Below, one piece after another: positions 21,755 to 33,359 of a stretch of 37,241 nucleotides of DNA. Made by a program: the position numbers and the translations under genes. The notes below the pieces were generated by a model. That model made no database searches. It saw only the letters and a list, made by a program, of their open reading frames with translations, and was not told the origin of the DNA. How positions within the stretch are numbered: the stretch's first letter is position 1; each line of letters begins with the position of its first letter. This DNA is from Octopus sinensis (lineage: Eukaryota): NCBI RefSeq assembly GCF_006345805.1, contig NW_021832900.1, positions 1-37,241 on the forward strand, written 5' to 3'.

Positions 21755-22083
21755 ACCCGACGAAATTTCAAGCAAATGCCTGTGCGATAGTCCGAACCAA
21801 ACTCTTGCCAATAAAGTAATTCTGAAAAGGAAATGGGCCTGGATTGATTTCACTCTAAGGAAATCTGCAAGCATCATTGCAAGACAAGTTGTTAGCCTGG
21901 CAACCTGAAGGAAAGTGGAAAGTTGGACGACCTAAGAAGACCTGGAAAGGATGTGTGGATGATGAAGCTAAAGCAATCGGTCTGTCTTGGTCTGAAATCA
22001 GGGAGCTCGCCCAAGATCGCATCTGGTGGCATGAAATGGTCGGGGCCCTATGTTCTTTTCAGAGTAATGTGAACTAACTAACT
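21755..22083 (+). mobile_element. RTE-clade LINE 3' end with (TAAC)n tail
   Basis: RKWAWIDFTLRK...ARQ / LAWQPEGKWKVGRPKKTWKGCV..EAKAIGLSWSEIRELAQDRIWWHEMVGALCS, then AACTAACTAACT. Confidence 0.85.
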
Positions 22084-22579
22084 GGAATAACGATGCAGTT
22101 TAATTTCACAGTGAAAGGGTTAGTTGCAACTCTGTATTTTGAGAGCAAGTCCTGCCAAGTTCAACTTTACTTTTCATCAATACTTGGGCGCTAAAATAAA
22201 TATTAGCCAAATACTCGTATCAATTTAATTAATTATCCGTCTCTAAGTTTAGTAGCCTTATTCTACATTAGAATTAAGTAAAGAATTCTTAACATGTAAT
22301 CTCGATATAATCATCCCCAAATTTACTTATTTGTTTTGTGTTTATGTTAGCAAGTTTTATTAAAGGTTGTGCATGACAGAGTTACAGAACTAATTATTAC
22401 TTTCTGGTCTAATGTATTTACCAGCTTTTATGCATATTTTAAACACTTAGTAGTTAAATATTTAACCGAAATGAGAAGAGTGGGCGTGGCTTTATCGCAG
22501 CTGATGATTTGGCGCGTCTGTCTTGATATTCAACCTGCTTTTCGCGACAATTCCGTTTTGGCGCTAGAGGGAAACTCAC

Positions 22580-23110
22580 ACACACACACATAAATAGAAA
22601 CATACACACAAAAACACACATAAGCACACAGGAACACACACATACACAAACACAGACAAACACACACAGGCACACATGTTCGCGCATGCAGAAATATGCA
22701 TCTACAGATATAGAAACCGAGAGACAGAGGAAGAAGCGAGAGTGGGAGAGGAATGGAGATAAAAACATTGCACCTACAAATATAAACAGATGAGAGAGAG
22801 GGGGGGGAAATAGAGAGGGTGAGAAAAGAGAGAGGAAGAGAAAAAGAGGGAGATAGGAGAAGGGAGGTCTTAAATATAGATGCAAATATCACTAGAGGCT
22901 CACACATGCATAAACATACAGAGAGAGGAAGGGAGAAAGGGAGGCGAACAGAGAGAAAAAGGAAAATAACACATAAAATATAACTAGTTGATCAGGAGGG
23001 AGGGAGAGGGAGAGGGAGAGAGAGAGGGAGAGATATATTATAAATAAGTAGACGCTTAGACGTATAACGAGAGAGAGAGAGAGGGGGGAGAAGGAAAGGG
23101 AGAACGAAAG
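22580..23110. repeat. CA-rich then purine-rich (GA/GGGAGA) low-complexity tract
   Basis: Direct inspection. Confidence 0.8.
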
Positions 23111-23205
23111 ATGCATTACAGAGATAGAAACTGTAGAATGTTAGATGTCAAATAAATCAATGTCGATTCTGCGATACTACTATAGGCGACTCCATAACGA
23201 CTCCG

Positions 23206-23446
23206 CCAAGATGGCTGGGCCAAAGCGGCTGAGCCCAAACGGCTGAGCCCAAACGGCTGAGCCCAAACGGCCGAGCCCAAAAAGCTGAGCCCAAACGACC
23301 GAGTCAAAACGGCTGAGCCAAAATGGCTGTGCCAAAACAGCTGCGTCAAAACGGATGCTGCAATGCGGATCCAGCAAAACGGCTGCGCTAAAAGGGTTGC
23401 GCCAAAACGGCTGCGCCAAAACGGCTGCGCCAAAACGGCTACGCTG
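23206..23446. repeat. 14-bp minisatellite, ~17 units (AAACGGCTGAGCCC / AAAACGGCTGCGCC)
   Basis: The GGCT core recurs with a strict 14-bp period (e.g. 23241, 23311, 23381). Confidence 0.95.
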
Positions 23447-24277
23447 AATTGACTAACACTCATATCTAAGTCCTGAGGGATATTGTTCACGACTAACAAG
23501 TACAGTACCTACATTCATCGCAGTATTCAAAGACGAACAAGAGTATCTCTTCAGGAACTTCTTATGATTTCTCACACTTGAAACACACTTTCCACCCACC
23601 AGAAACATTGGAAGAAACACTTGGCAAAAACAAAGGGAGAATTAACATTAATATTACCTTGAAGGATTTCGCTCTAGTAGATTTTATAAGAGACAGCAAT
23701 TCTATTCTTTCTGGTAAAGTAAACTCACATATATGTGTGTGTGTATGTATGTATGTATGTATATATATACCTATATATCTATATATATATCTATATATAT
23801 ACACACATATATATATACACATATATATACGGGTATACATACATGCATATATAAATTTATACATACGCATACATATACGTATGTGCGTTTGTGTGTGAGT
23901 ACGTGTATACGTGTATTTCGTGTTATGCTTAGAAGCGATTATTTAGTTTCACTGCTTTATTAATAACGTGTATATATGAACACAAATATATGCACACACA
24001 TTCATATATACGCATGTATGTATCTATATGTATACACACACACACATACACACACACATATATATATGTGTGGGTGTGTGTTTGTAACTCCTGTGTGGCG
24101 TCACTATACAAATTTCATAAACGGATGTAAAGATTTGAAGTATATATATATATATATATAGAAGGAGAGAGAGGGAGAGTGTGAGAGAGAGAGTGAGAGA
24201 AAGACAAATATACATACATATATATATATAATATATACAACACACACACATATATATATATATATAATATATATATA

Positions 24278-24317
<40 letters not shown>

Positions 24318-25100
24318 ATATATACACACAAACATTCTGCATATAGGTCGTAAATTTAACTCATCATTGGATGTGCTCCTCTCTCTCATTCCTTTCAATG
24401 TGTATATATATGTGTACGTGTGTATGCGCGCATCTGTGCGTTTGTGTGTGCGTATATGTGTGTGCATGCGCGCATCTGTGCGTTTGTGTGTGCAAAGCGG
24501 TCTTAAAACGTGTATAATAGTAGGGAAAATCTCAAAGCGTTTTGCTCTTTAATCTCGCAAATCCAGCGGTTCATGTGTAACAATATAATGGAATCTCAAT
24601 AGCGATACTATCATATAATGAGATCTTTCGGTTGACAGAGCAAAATAAATGTCATTTTGTTGAGCAACTACGAGCTATGTAAATTAGATTTCTGTTTCTC
24701 AATGTCTTCAAAATTACGCGAACCAAAAGCCCGCCCGTACAGTGTGTTGGTCGGTATGTAGGTATAAAGGTAGGAACATATCTATGCTTACAGACAAACA
24801 CATACACACACACCAGCACACACACACATATATATGTATGTACAAATGCATGTACGTATGTATATATATATACATTTAGGCATGCTTATGTGTGTATGTG
24901 TGAGTGTTATGTGCACGTATATATGTTGTATGCTAACTGGATAGACAGATAATTCAAAACTGATTTGCAATGGTTTCCTTTAGACTTTTGCAATTTTCTA
25001 AACAAAATTACAGTCGTACTCCGTTATATTTAATAGTGAGACGTGGCAGCAAGTTTTGTAAGTGATAAATGTATGTGAGACTGACTAGTTATATAAGGTG

Positions 25101-25126
<26 letters not shown>

Positions 25127-25132
<6 letters not shown>

Positions 25133-25277
25133 AATATTCTTTTTATAAAACTTTTCTTTTAATTTTTCTAAATTTAATTGTTTAGTTGTTACAGTTGAAG
25201 AAGACTCAATGACTGAAACCGGTACTCAAATGTTTTTTATAAAATTATTTTAGCATTTTCTATCTTGACTTTTTTCC
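25127..25277 (+). mobile_element. Solo copy of the 3' terminus of the 36190-37005 PLE, between (TA)n tracts
   Basis: Colinear with 36864-37005 and includes the hammerhead-like motif. Confidence 0.8.
25192..25227 (+). ncRNA. Minimal hammerhead-like motif (UUGAAGA core)
   Basis: cag-TTGAAGA-agac(tcaat)gact-GAAA-ccgg-TA-ctc. Stems I and II each have one mismatch relative to the 36929 copy, and stem III is the palindrome ACCGGT. Confidence 0.55.
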
Positions 25278-25289
25278 ATATATATATAT

Positions 25290-25329
<40 letters not shown>

Positions 25330-25380
25330 TGTTACGTAAGGTGTTTTTATATATATATATATAAATGACCGTCTTATAGT

Positions 25381-26270
25381 GGCCCCTTCAGGCATGCCCT
25401 CAGATAGTTGTTCCTGCTAGCCATGCTGATGACACAATAGTCTCTCAGACAATATAAAATCTTGGAAATATTGCGCATCTGCAACGGGAGATGGACACAA
25501 TATGCAGGCGGGTTGAGGACAACAACAGGCAGTTTAATGCAGGAAGGTTCCAAGTCCTGAGCTACCTGCGCACACAAAACTGAACATCATGCAGGCAGGA
25601 TACACTGGCCCTGAAGGGATTGCAATCTCTAAATCAAAGCTAGTGTGTGACCTGGGCATTCACATGAGCAATGATACTTCTTTCCAGGTGCATGTTACCA
25701 ATTTGGATTCTCCGAACTTTCAGAACGAGAAAAAAGGAGACAATGGTGGTCCTTTGAAGGGCATATGTCCTCAGCCGCTTGGACTACTGCTCCCAACTAT
25801 GCTCACCACACTATAAAATTAACAACGGAACTCGAAGCAATCAAAGGAAGCCATTGGGAAAGACTGAAAGAGTTACAACTCTTCTCCCTAGAATGAAAGC
25901 GGGAAAGATATGCAGCAGAATACAATTGGAAAATCCTGAAAGGTCTCGTACTAAACTTTGGTATTGAAAGTTACAGAAACAGCAGAACGGGGGACCAAAG
26001 CAGAGTGCCGAAAATCCCAGGATCTCCATCAAAATAAAGGACCAGATACTGCGACAGATTGGGTATCAAGGGTCCACAGCTCTTCAATATCCTTCCAAAA
26101 TGCCTGGGAGACCTGCATGGTGTGGACATAGGGGTCTTTAAAACAAAACTGGATCTCTTCCTTCCAGATGATCCTACCTCACGCAGGAAACACAGATGAG
26201 GGAAGCAGCATCAAACTCCTCCATTCACAAAATGCCACTAATCAGAGGAGGTTTCAAATAATGGTGTAGC
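25381..26270 (+). mobile_element. Degenerate CR1-like LINE RT/3' fragment with internal deletions
   Basis: HADDTIVSQTI...LQREMDTI...DNNRQFNAGRFQVLSY and YTGPEG...DLGIHMSNDTSFQVHV. Same family as 35100-35462. Confidence 0.82.
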
Positions 26271-26323
26271 TCAACCAAAGGTGGTGTCCCAGCATGACCG
26301 CAACTTTAGAGCTGAAACTATAA

Positions 26324-26367
<44 letters not shown>

Positions 26368-26404
26368 TGTGTGTGTGTGTGTGTGTGTGTCTTTGTGTGT
26401 GTCT

Positions 26405-26600
26405 TTGTGTCTGTGATTCTGACAACCAATGCTGGTGTGTTTATGTCCCCGTAACCTAGCGCTGCAGCAAAAGTGATCGATAAAATAAGTACTAGGCTTA
26501 CAAAATTATCAGTCCTGCGATCTATTTCTTTGACAAAAACCCTTTGAAGCGGTGCTCCAGCATGGCTACAATAAAATGACTGAAACAGGTAAAAGAATAA
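26405..26600 (+). mobile_element. S2 SINE 3' half
   Basis: TGACAACC.ATGCTGGTGTGTTTATGTCCCCGTAAC...GCGGTGCTCCAGCATGG...GACTGAAACA. Confidence 0.82.
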
Positions 26601-26607
26601 AATAATA

Positions 26608-26617
26608 TATATATATA

Positions 26618-26660
<43 letters not shown>

Positions 26661-27285
26661 GTATATGTGTGTGTATATGTGTGTGTATATGTGTGTGTAT
26701 ATGTGTGTGTATATGTGTGTGTATATGTGTGTGTATATGTGTGTGTATATGTGTGTGTATATGTGTGTGTATATGTGTGTGTATATGTGTGTGTATATGT
26801 GTGTGTGTATATGTGTGTGTATATGTGTGTGTATGTGTGTGTATAGTGTGTATATGTGTGTGTATATGTGTGTGTATATGTGTGCGTGTATATGTGTGTG
26901 TATATGTGTGTGTATATGTGTATGCATATGTGTGTGTATATGTGTGTGTGTATATGTGTGTATATGTGGTGTATATGTGTGTGTATATGTGTGTGTATAT
27001 GTGTGTGTATATGTGTGTGTATATGGTGTGTGTGTGTGTGTATATGTGTGTGTATATGGTGTGTTGTATGTATATGTGTGTATATGTGGTGTGTATGTGT
27101 TGTGGTATATGTGTTGTATAGTGTGTGTATATGTGTGTGTATATGTGTGTGTATATGTTGTTGTGTATATGTGTGTGTATAGGTGTGTGTATATGTGTGT
27201 GGTATATGTGTGTGTGTATATGTGTGTGTATATGTGTGTGTATATGTGTGTGTATATGTGTGTGTATATGTGTGTGTATATGTGT
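26608..27285. repeat. 12-bp (ATATGTGTGTGT)n minisatellite
   Basis: About 680 bp. It is the source of the HTHI/CVYM repeat ORFs. Confidence 0.96.
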
Positions 27286-27771
27286 AGTAGGTGCTAAATA
27301 TGCTTTTAGTTTCTTAAGTTTTTTTGTTGTTGTTGTTGTTTGGCTCTTGTTGTTGTTGCTTTTCGTCTTCTTCATCACAGTTTAATAATAACCGGTGCTA
27401 GAGATGAAGCGAGCAGCATGTCAGTTTCACTTCCTGTGTCCGCTCTCCTAATTACCAATCACTGGTTTTCCATTTCCTGTCGGATATATTCTGCCAACAA
27501 CGAACAGCTTCACCGCTACAGGAAACCGAAAAGGAAGGAACATCTACATGGTCGCTAGACCTGCTAGAAATAACAGCGAAATCCTCACCGTACGCGCCAG
27601 ACGACTCTATACCGCCTACGATCTCACAGTATTAAACGACTTGAAGACCGAGATGCGGATTTTGAGGCATGAGACCCCAAAAAGAGATGGGTGATGTGAG
27701 AGGCAGAGTGTGATGTGGGGGAACGCCTTACGTCCCTGGGCATGGATATATTGAAACTCCGATGTCTGGAT

Positions 27772-28203
27772 TCTACTATAATTCTACTTTATGGCTCAGA
27801 AACCTGGACGTTATCAAAGAAGCTTGAGAGGCGGTTGGATGGAACCTACACTCGCCTCCTTATGAGAGCTCAAATCATCTCTCGTGGAAGCGTCATCGAA
27901 ACAAAATGCCAAATATATGGAAACTACCACCACCTGTGTCATCTCTTGTGAAAGGTAGGAGAGTCCAGTTTGCTGGACATTGTTGTAGAGCTGAAAATGA
28001 GACAATTTCTACTCTTCTCCTCTGGAAGCCATCTACTCGCAATACCGGAGGGTGCACACTCTCCTACCCTGATGTAATCTCCAGGGATACTGGCATCCAG
28101 CACCAGGACCTCCGTAATGCTATGATGGACCGTGAAGTCTGGCGTAGCATGGTAAATTCCATTGTCTCGACCACGGTCGAACAATGATGATGATGATGAT
28201 GAC
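27772..28203 (+). mobile_element. RTE/RTE-X-like LINE 3' end with (TGA)n tail
   Basis: ILLYGSETWTLSKKLERRLDGTYTRLLMRAQ / LPPVSSLVKGRRVQFAGHC...LLLWKP...MMDREVWRSMVNSIVST* then (TGA)6. Confidence 0.88.
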
Positions 28204-28204
28204 G

Positions 28205-28630
28205 ACTGGTAGCTGACTTGGCAGACACCCATAAAATTATTAACCACCTTACATACAATAACTCTGAGCACCTTTTCAAACTCCCCCTGTCTAACACCCG
28301 TGGACATGTTTACAAAGTCAGAAAACAGCACAGCTCCCATGACTTTCGGAAACATTTTTTCACGCTAAGAGTTGCTGAAGCATGGAACAAACTGCCGGCA
28401 TCAGTTGTTAGTTGTCGGAGTACTGCATCCTTCAAAACTTCCATGCTTCCTGAGATTCGCCAACACTACACCTGATTTTCTCCCCTCTATACACACGCAA
28501 GCAAGTATCTGACTCATACACTGTTCGCTTTCCAGGCATTTGTACATTACTGCTTATACTTTAAACGCACTTTTTGACAAGTTGTGGTGCACCTGAGCAC
28601 TGTATACAATAATTTCATCATTATTATTTT
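28205..28630 (+). mobile_element. CR1/L2-like LINE 3' end with 3'UTR and (ATT)n tail
   Basis: DLADTHKII...LFKLPLSNTRGHVYKVRK...FRKHFFTLRVAEAWNKLPASVV..STASFK. The TRGH and RV..WN.LP motifs are typical of CR1/L2 ends. Confidence 0.88.
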
Positions 28631-28905
28631 ATATACTTAGCAAGAGTGCAAGTTGGTGTGCGTTTCGAGGCTAAACTTGTTTTCATAAGCATGCTCCATC
28701 GTAGCTGATCTGGTGATGAACAACAAACTAAAGCAAAAGCAACAACAACAACAAAGATTAGAGAAGAAATCCTATCACCAATACCTTAGTGAAAACCCAA
28801 TCGTGGCCATCCCGCCACTACTATTACTTTTGCCCCCAATACCCATGCCTTGAAGTATCGCGACCACGACCACTAACACCCATTCTACAGTAGGTACAAG
28901 ACACG

Positions 28906-29083
28906 AATTGTTGGGGGAGGAATTAAATAGATTACATTGGTCCCTCCTCCTTTTCCCCAGCACGTAACTGGTAATTATTTCATCGACCCCGAAAGGATGA
29001 AAGGCAAAGTCGACCTCGGCGGAATTTGAACTCACTACGTAAAGTGCTAGACGAAATGCCGGTAAGCATTTTGCCCGCCGCCC
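28906..29083 (-). mobile_element. SINE, group S3
   Basis: ATCGACCCCGAAAGGATGAAAGGCAAAGTCGACCTCGGCGGAATTTGAACTC is the reverse complement of the S3 core. Confidence 0.88.
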
Positions 29084-29326
29084 TACCAAGACCACTAATA
29101 TAACACTCATTTTAATCATCACCATCACCGTCGCCATAATTATATTCTGTATGATTTTTAATCCAAACCTCTCGCTGACCTTTGGCAAATCACACTCATT
29201 CCAGAGGCCCCCTACTAACAATATTAAGATCTTTTAAGAACTTGTGAAACAGTACCTCGTTTTTTAATCTCCGATTATATTCCAATAAAAATAAGCGGAA
29301 CGGAGTTTCTCTCTCTCATCTACACA

Positions 29327-29392
<66 letters not shown>
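29327..29392. repeat. (CA)n microsatellite
   Basis: Direct inspection. Confidence 0.96.
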
Positions 29393-29394
<2 letters not shown>

Positions 29395-29612
29395 GTCGTT
29401 AGATGGTGTATGAGGGCTCAGCAATTTCTTGTTGAACAGCCATACAAATGATTTGTTTATAGTGATCAAATGTTGGTGTTGCCCTTAAAGTCGCTCCTTC
29501 CATCAAATGAAGTATTTTGCCCAGGAGCACAGCGTAACGCCCGATCTGGGAATCGAAACCACGATCTCGCAATCGTGAGTGCAACACCCTAAAACCTAAG
29601 CCACACGCCTTC
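29393..29612 (-). mobile_element. S1-type tRNA-derived SINE
   Basis: Minus-strand head GAAGGCGTGTGGCTTAG...GGTTTCGATTCCC...CCTGGGCAAAATACTT. Confidence 0.8.
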
Positions 29613-29701
29613 ACATTTCACACTGTCTCTCTCTCTCTCCAACTTTCTCCCTCTCTATATAATACACACACACACACACACATATATATATGTGTGTGTG
29701 T

Positions 29702-29950
29702 GAAGGCGAGTGGCTTAGTGGTTATGGTGTCAGCATTATGATCGTATGATTATGGTTTCGATTCTTGGACCGGGCGACGCGTTGTGTTCTTGAGCAAAAC
29801 ACTTCATTTCACGTTACTCCAGTCCACTCAGCTGGCAAAAATGAGTAACGCTGCGATGGACTGGCGTCCCATCCAGCTGGGGAACACATACGTCATCGAA
29901 ACCGGGAAACCGGGCCCATGAACCTGGGTAGGCTTTAAAAGGGCGCATTT
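29702..29950 (+). mobile_element. S1-type tRNA-derived SINE
   Basis: GAAGGCGAGTGGCTTAGTGG...GGTTTCGATTC...TTGAGCAAAACACTTCATTTCACG...CACTCAGCTG, with an ATT tail. Confidence 0.88.
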
Positions 29951-29962
29951 ATTATTTATTAT

Positions 29963-30149
29963 TCGCTAGCCTCTGCACGCATTTTCTTTCTCTCCTTGTT
30001 TCTCTCTGTGCTTCTTTTCTGTGTATCTTACTGTTGAAGAGCGTAGGCTCGAAACGTAAAAGACTTGTTTTATTTATATTCCTGAGCGCCATACTAATAC
30101 AATTGTTTGTTTGTATTCCACCTGCCTTCGTCTTTTGTTTATTTTCATA

Positions 30150-30152
<3 letters not shown>
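29963..30152 (+). mobile_element. ~190-bp hammerhead-bearing repeat unit (PLE pseudo-LTR-like), copy 1
   Basis: High identity to 31019-31217, with the same 5' start (TCGCTAGC) and a (TA)n 3' end. Confidence 0.8.
30026..30063 (+). ncRNA. Minimal hammerhead-like motif (CUGUUGA core)
   Basis: tctta-CTGTTGA-a-gagc(gtag)gctc-GAAA-cg-TA-aaaga. Confidence 0.6.
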
Positions 30153-30195
<43 letters not shown>

Positions 30196-30445
30196 GCATA
30201 CATACAAACATATATACATATATATATTTAGAAGATAATAAATAATATGTATATGCATACATGCAACGGTGCATATAACATGAAATAAATAAACAACGAG
30301 AAAAAGTGGAAAACAGGACAAGTTAACACAGAGAAAACAAATATGGGGGTCTTTAAACGAGAACGAGGGGAAAGTAGTGAACGTTGTTTATATATTTCAT
30401 GTTATTCGCACCGTTGGTTACGTCCTGTACCCATATATGCATGTG

Positions 30446-30501
<56 letters not shown>

Positions 30502-30797
30502 ATATATGGCAGTTGCATACTGTCAACATATATATATAATTCCAGTGAAATAAATCCACTGATCACAAAAAATAGGAATATTAAAGGTCTAAATATCTCA
30601 TAGAGATATGAGCAGTGGTGGGAAGATAGAGCAGTTGTATACTGTCAACTTAACGTGACAGTCCCATAAAGAAAACCACACCACCACTATTTAGCCCTAG
30701 GAAGCATCAACGATTCCTGTCAGCCTTGACACATTTCCTGTGTCCTTATGTTTACAAAGGGGAGACAATCACCCCATCCAGCTAAGCCTGCATCCAG

Positions 30798-30832
30798 AGA
30801 TATGTTTCTGAGTCTTTGCTCGTCATCAGTCT
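30798..30832 (-). ncRNA. Minimal hammerhead-like motif (canonical CUGAUGA core, decayed)
   Basis: aga-CTGATGA-c-gag(caaaga)ctc-a-GAAA-ca-TA-tct. Two G-to-A changes would restore the stem II closing pair and the ACGT palindrome. Confidence 0.55.
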
Positions 30833-30877
30833 GTAGTAGCATGGCCTGCTAGCTGAAGATACCTGTGTAGACTTTGT

Positions 30878-30920
<43 letters not shown>

Positions 30921-31018
30921 CACATACACCACACACACACACACACACACACCACACACACACACACACACATATAATAATATATATATATATATAATAT
31001 ATATATATATATGTTGAA

Positions 31019-31214
31019 TCGCTAGCTTCTGCACGCATTTTTTCCTCTCCTTGTTTCTCCCCGTGTTTCTTTTCTGTGTATCTTTCTCTGTTGAAGAGCT
31101 TAGGCTCGAAACGTAAAAGATTGTTTTATTTATATTCCTGAGCGCCATACTAATACAATTGTTTGTTTGTATTCCACCTGCCTTCGTCTTTTGTTTATTT
31201 TCATAAAGCTTCCG

Positions 31215-31217
<3 letters not shown>
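31019..31217 (+). mobile_element. ~200-bp hammerhead-bearing repeat unit, copy 2
   Basis: Direct repeat of 29963-30152, followed by (TA)n to ~31270. Confidence 0.8.
31083..31120 (+). ncRNA. Minimal hammerhead-like motif (CUGUUGA core)
   Basis: tttct-CTGTTGA-a-gagc(ttag)gctc-GAAA-cg-TA-aaaga. Confidence 0.6.
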
Positions 31218-31272
<55 letters not shown>

Positions 31273-31344
31273 TATTATTTAATTGAAGGCGGCGCATCCA
31301 TTTCCAAGTAAGTATATATGAGTGTATATATGGCAACATCAACA

Positions 31345-32640
31345 ACAAAATCAACACAAAGAAAGTAAACAGCAGTAAATGTAACAAGAACAGTAGCAAC
31401 AGCTAGAATGACAACACCAACATGAACAATAACAACAACAACAACAACAACAACAGCAGCAATAATTGCATTTACTCCAAAGAAATGAGAAGCTAAACAT
31501 CAGCACAATTATTTTGGTGAGGATGAAAAGAAAAGGTAAAGTATGGTGTGAACGAAGAAGAGAGAAGAAGCGAGAAGAAGAAGAAGAAGAAGAAGAATAA
31601 GAAGAAGAAGAGAGAAGAAGCGAGAATAAGAAGAAGCGAGAAGAGAAGAAGAAGAAGAAGAAGACAGAAGAAGAAGAAGAAGAAGAAGAAGAAGAAGAAG
31701 AAGAAGAAGAAGAAGAAGAAGAAAATGAAGATGAAGATGAAGTAAGCACAAAGTCAGAAAGAGACAGCACAGTATTAGTATTATTATTGGTAGTAATGGC
31801 AGTAATTATCGTAGTAGTATTAGTAGTAGTGGTAATGATGGTGGTGGTGGTAGTAGAAGTGATAGTAGTAGTAGTTTTAGTTGTCGTCGTCATTATAATG
31901 AAGATAAACGAAAAGGAAAACGAAAGATGAAAATAAAACGAGATGAAGAAAGAGAAAATCGGAGAAGCAGAAATTGAAGCATTGGTAGCAGTAGCAGCAG
32001 TGGCAGCAGTAGCAGCGGCGGCAGCACCATCATCAGCAGCAATAGTAGCATCTTCTTTTTTTGTTGTTGTTCTTTTTGTTGTAGTATTATTAGTAAAAAT
32101 AATAATGAAAAAGGAGAAAGAGAATAAAACGAAAAGTCGATGAAAAAAGCAGCAGTATAAATGCTGGGAGTATTATTATTATTGTTATTATTATTATTAT
32201 TAGTAGTAGTAGTAGTAGTAGTAGTAAAAGTAGTAGTAGTAGTAGTAGTAAAAGTAGTAGTAGTAGTAGTAAAAGTAGTAGTAGTAGTAGTAGTAGCAGT
32301 AAAAGTAGTAGTAGTAGTAGTAAAAGTAGTAGTAGTAGTAGTAGTAGCAGTAAAAGTAGTAGTAGTAGTAAAAGTAGTAGTAGTAGTAAAAGTAGTAGTA
32401 GTAGTAGTAGTAGTGGTTGTTGTTGTTGTTGTTGTTGCAGTAGCAGTAGTAGCAGTTGTAGTAGAGAAAGAAAAAAATAAATGGAAAAAATGTTTAAAAC
32501 GAAAAATAATTAATAAAAATACCCAGCAAAAGGAAAGAAAACGAAGAGGAACCACAACAATAACAACAACAATATCAACGACAACAGTTGCAATAACAAT
32601 AACAACAACAACAACAACAAGTGCCACACCAACAGTATGA
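31345..32640. repeat. Mosaic of trinucleotide repeats (AAC, AAG, TAG, TAT, TTG, GCA)
   Basis: For example (AAG)n at 31560-31745 and (TAG)n at ~32200-32415. It is the source of the poly-K/T/V/S ORFs. Confidence 0.95.
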
Positions 32641-33359
32641 TTCCTGTTCTACTAAAGTGAATACAGAGAAATTATAATGAAACGGAAATGAAAATTATGC
32701 TTGAAGCAAAATTGTGTGGTGGTGGTCGTGGTGGGAAGAGAAAAAATATTACTCTGCCTCTGTGTACGCGAGTGTGTGTATGTGTATGTGGACGTGTGTG
32801 TATGGAATGTGGAAGAAAAAGGCAAAAAAACAAAAAACAATATGGAAGGAAAAGAACAATAAAAATGGCTGGCGGAAGTGAGTTAAAACAGAGATTTGTA
32901 TAGTGTCTGTGGGAGTTTGTACGCGTATTTGTGCTATAATATGTATGTGTGCGTTTTGTACGTTTGTATTGTGTGTATGTGTGTGTGTTTTGTGTGTTGG
33001 TGTTGTTAGATGCGTGTGTGTTGGGGTTGAGTGTATGTCTGAGTGTTTGCGTATGTGTGCGTTTGTGTATGTTGCTGTTAGTGTTATCGAGTGTGTGTGG
33101 GGGTTTGCTTTATCAGATGTACGTGTTGGTGTATCCTATATTATATATGAATTTCATTACAGGCGCAAGCTTGGCTGTGTGGTAAAAAGTTTGCTTTCAA
33201 GCCACATGGTTTTTGGGTTCACTCCCACTGCGTGCCTCCTTGGGCAAGTATCTTCTACTATAGTCTCGAAACATCCAAAGCCTTATGAGTGGATTTGGTA
33301 GACGGAAACTACAAGAAGTTCGTCGTATACATGTCTGTCTGTCTGTCTGCCTGCCCGCC

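Noticed and set aside
23116-23499. 127-aa ORF with AQPFW repeats
   Set aside because: It is a translation of the 14-bp minisatellite.
26271-27385. Long ORFs of 218-270 aa (HTHI/CVYM repeats)
   Set aside because: They are stop-free readings of the 12-bp ATATGTGTGTGT array and have no domain content.
27638-27660. TTGAAGA-ccg(agatg)cgg
   Set aside because: Stem II looks good but no GAAA follows.
31351-32640. ORFs of 159-244 aa rich in T, S, V, K
   Set aside because: They are trinucleotide-repeat translations open on both strands.
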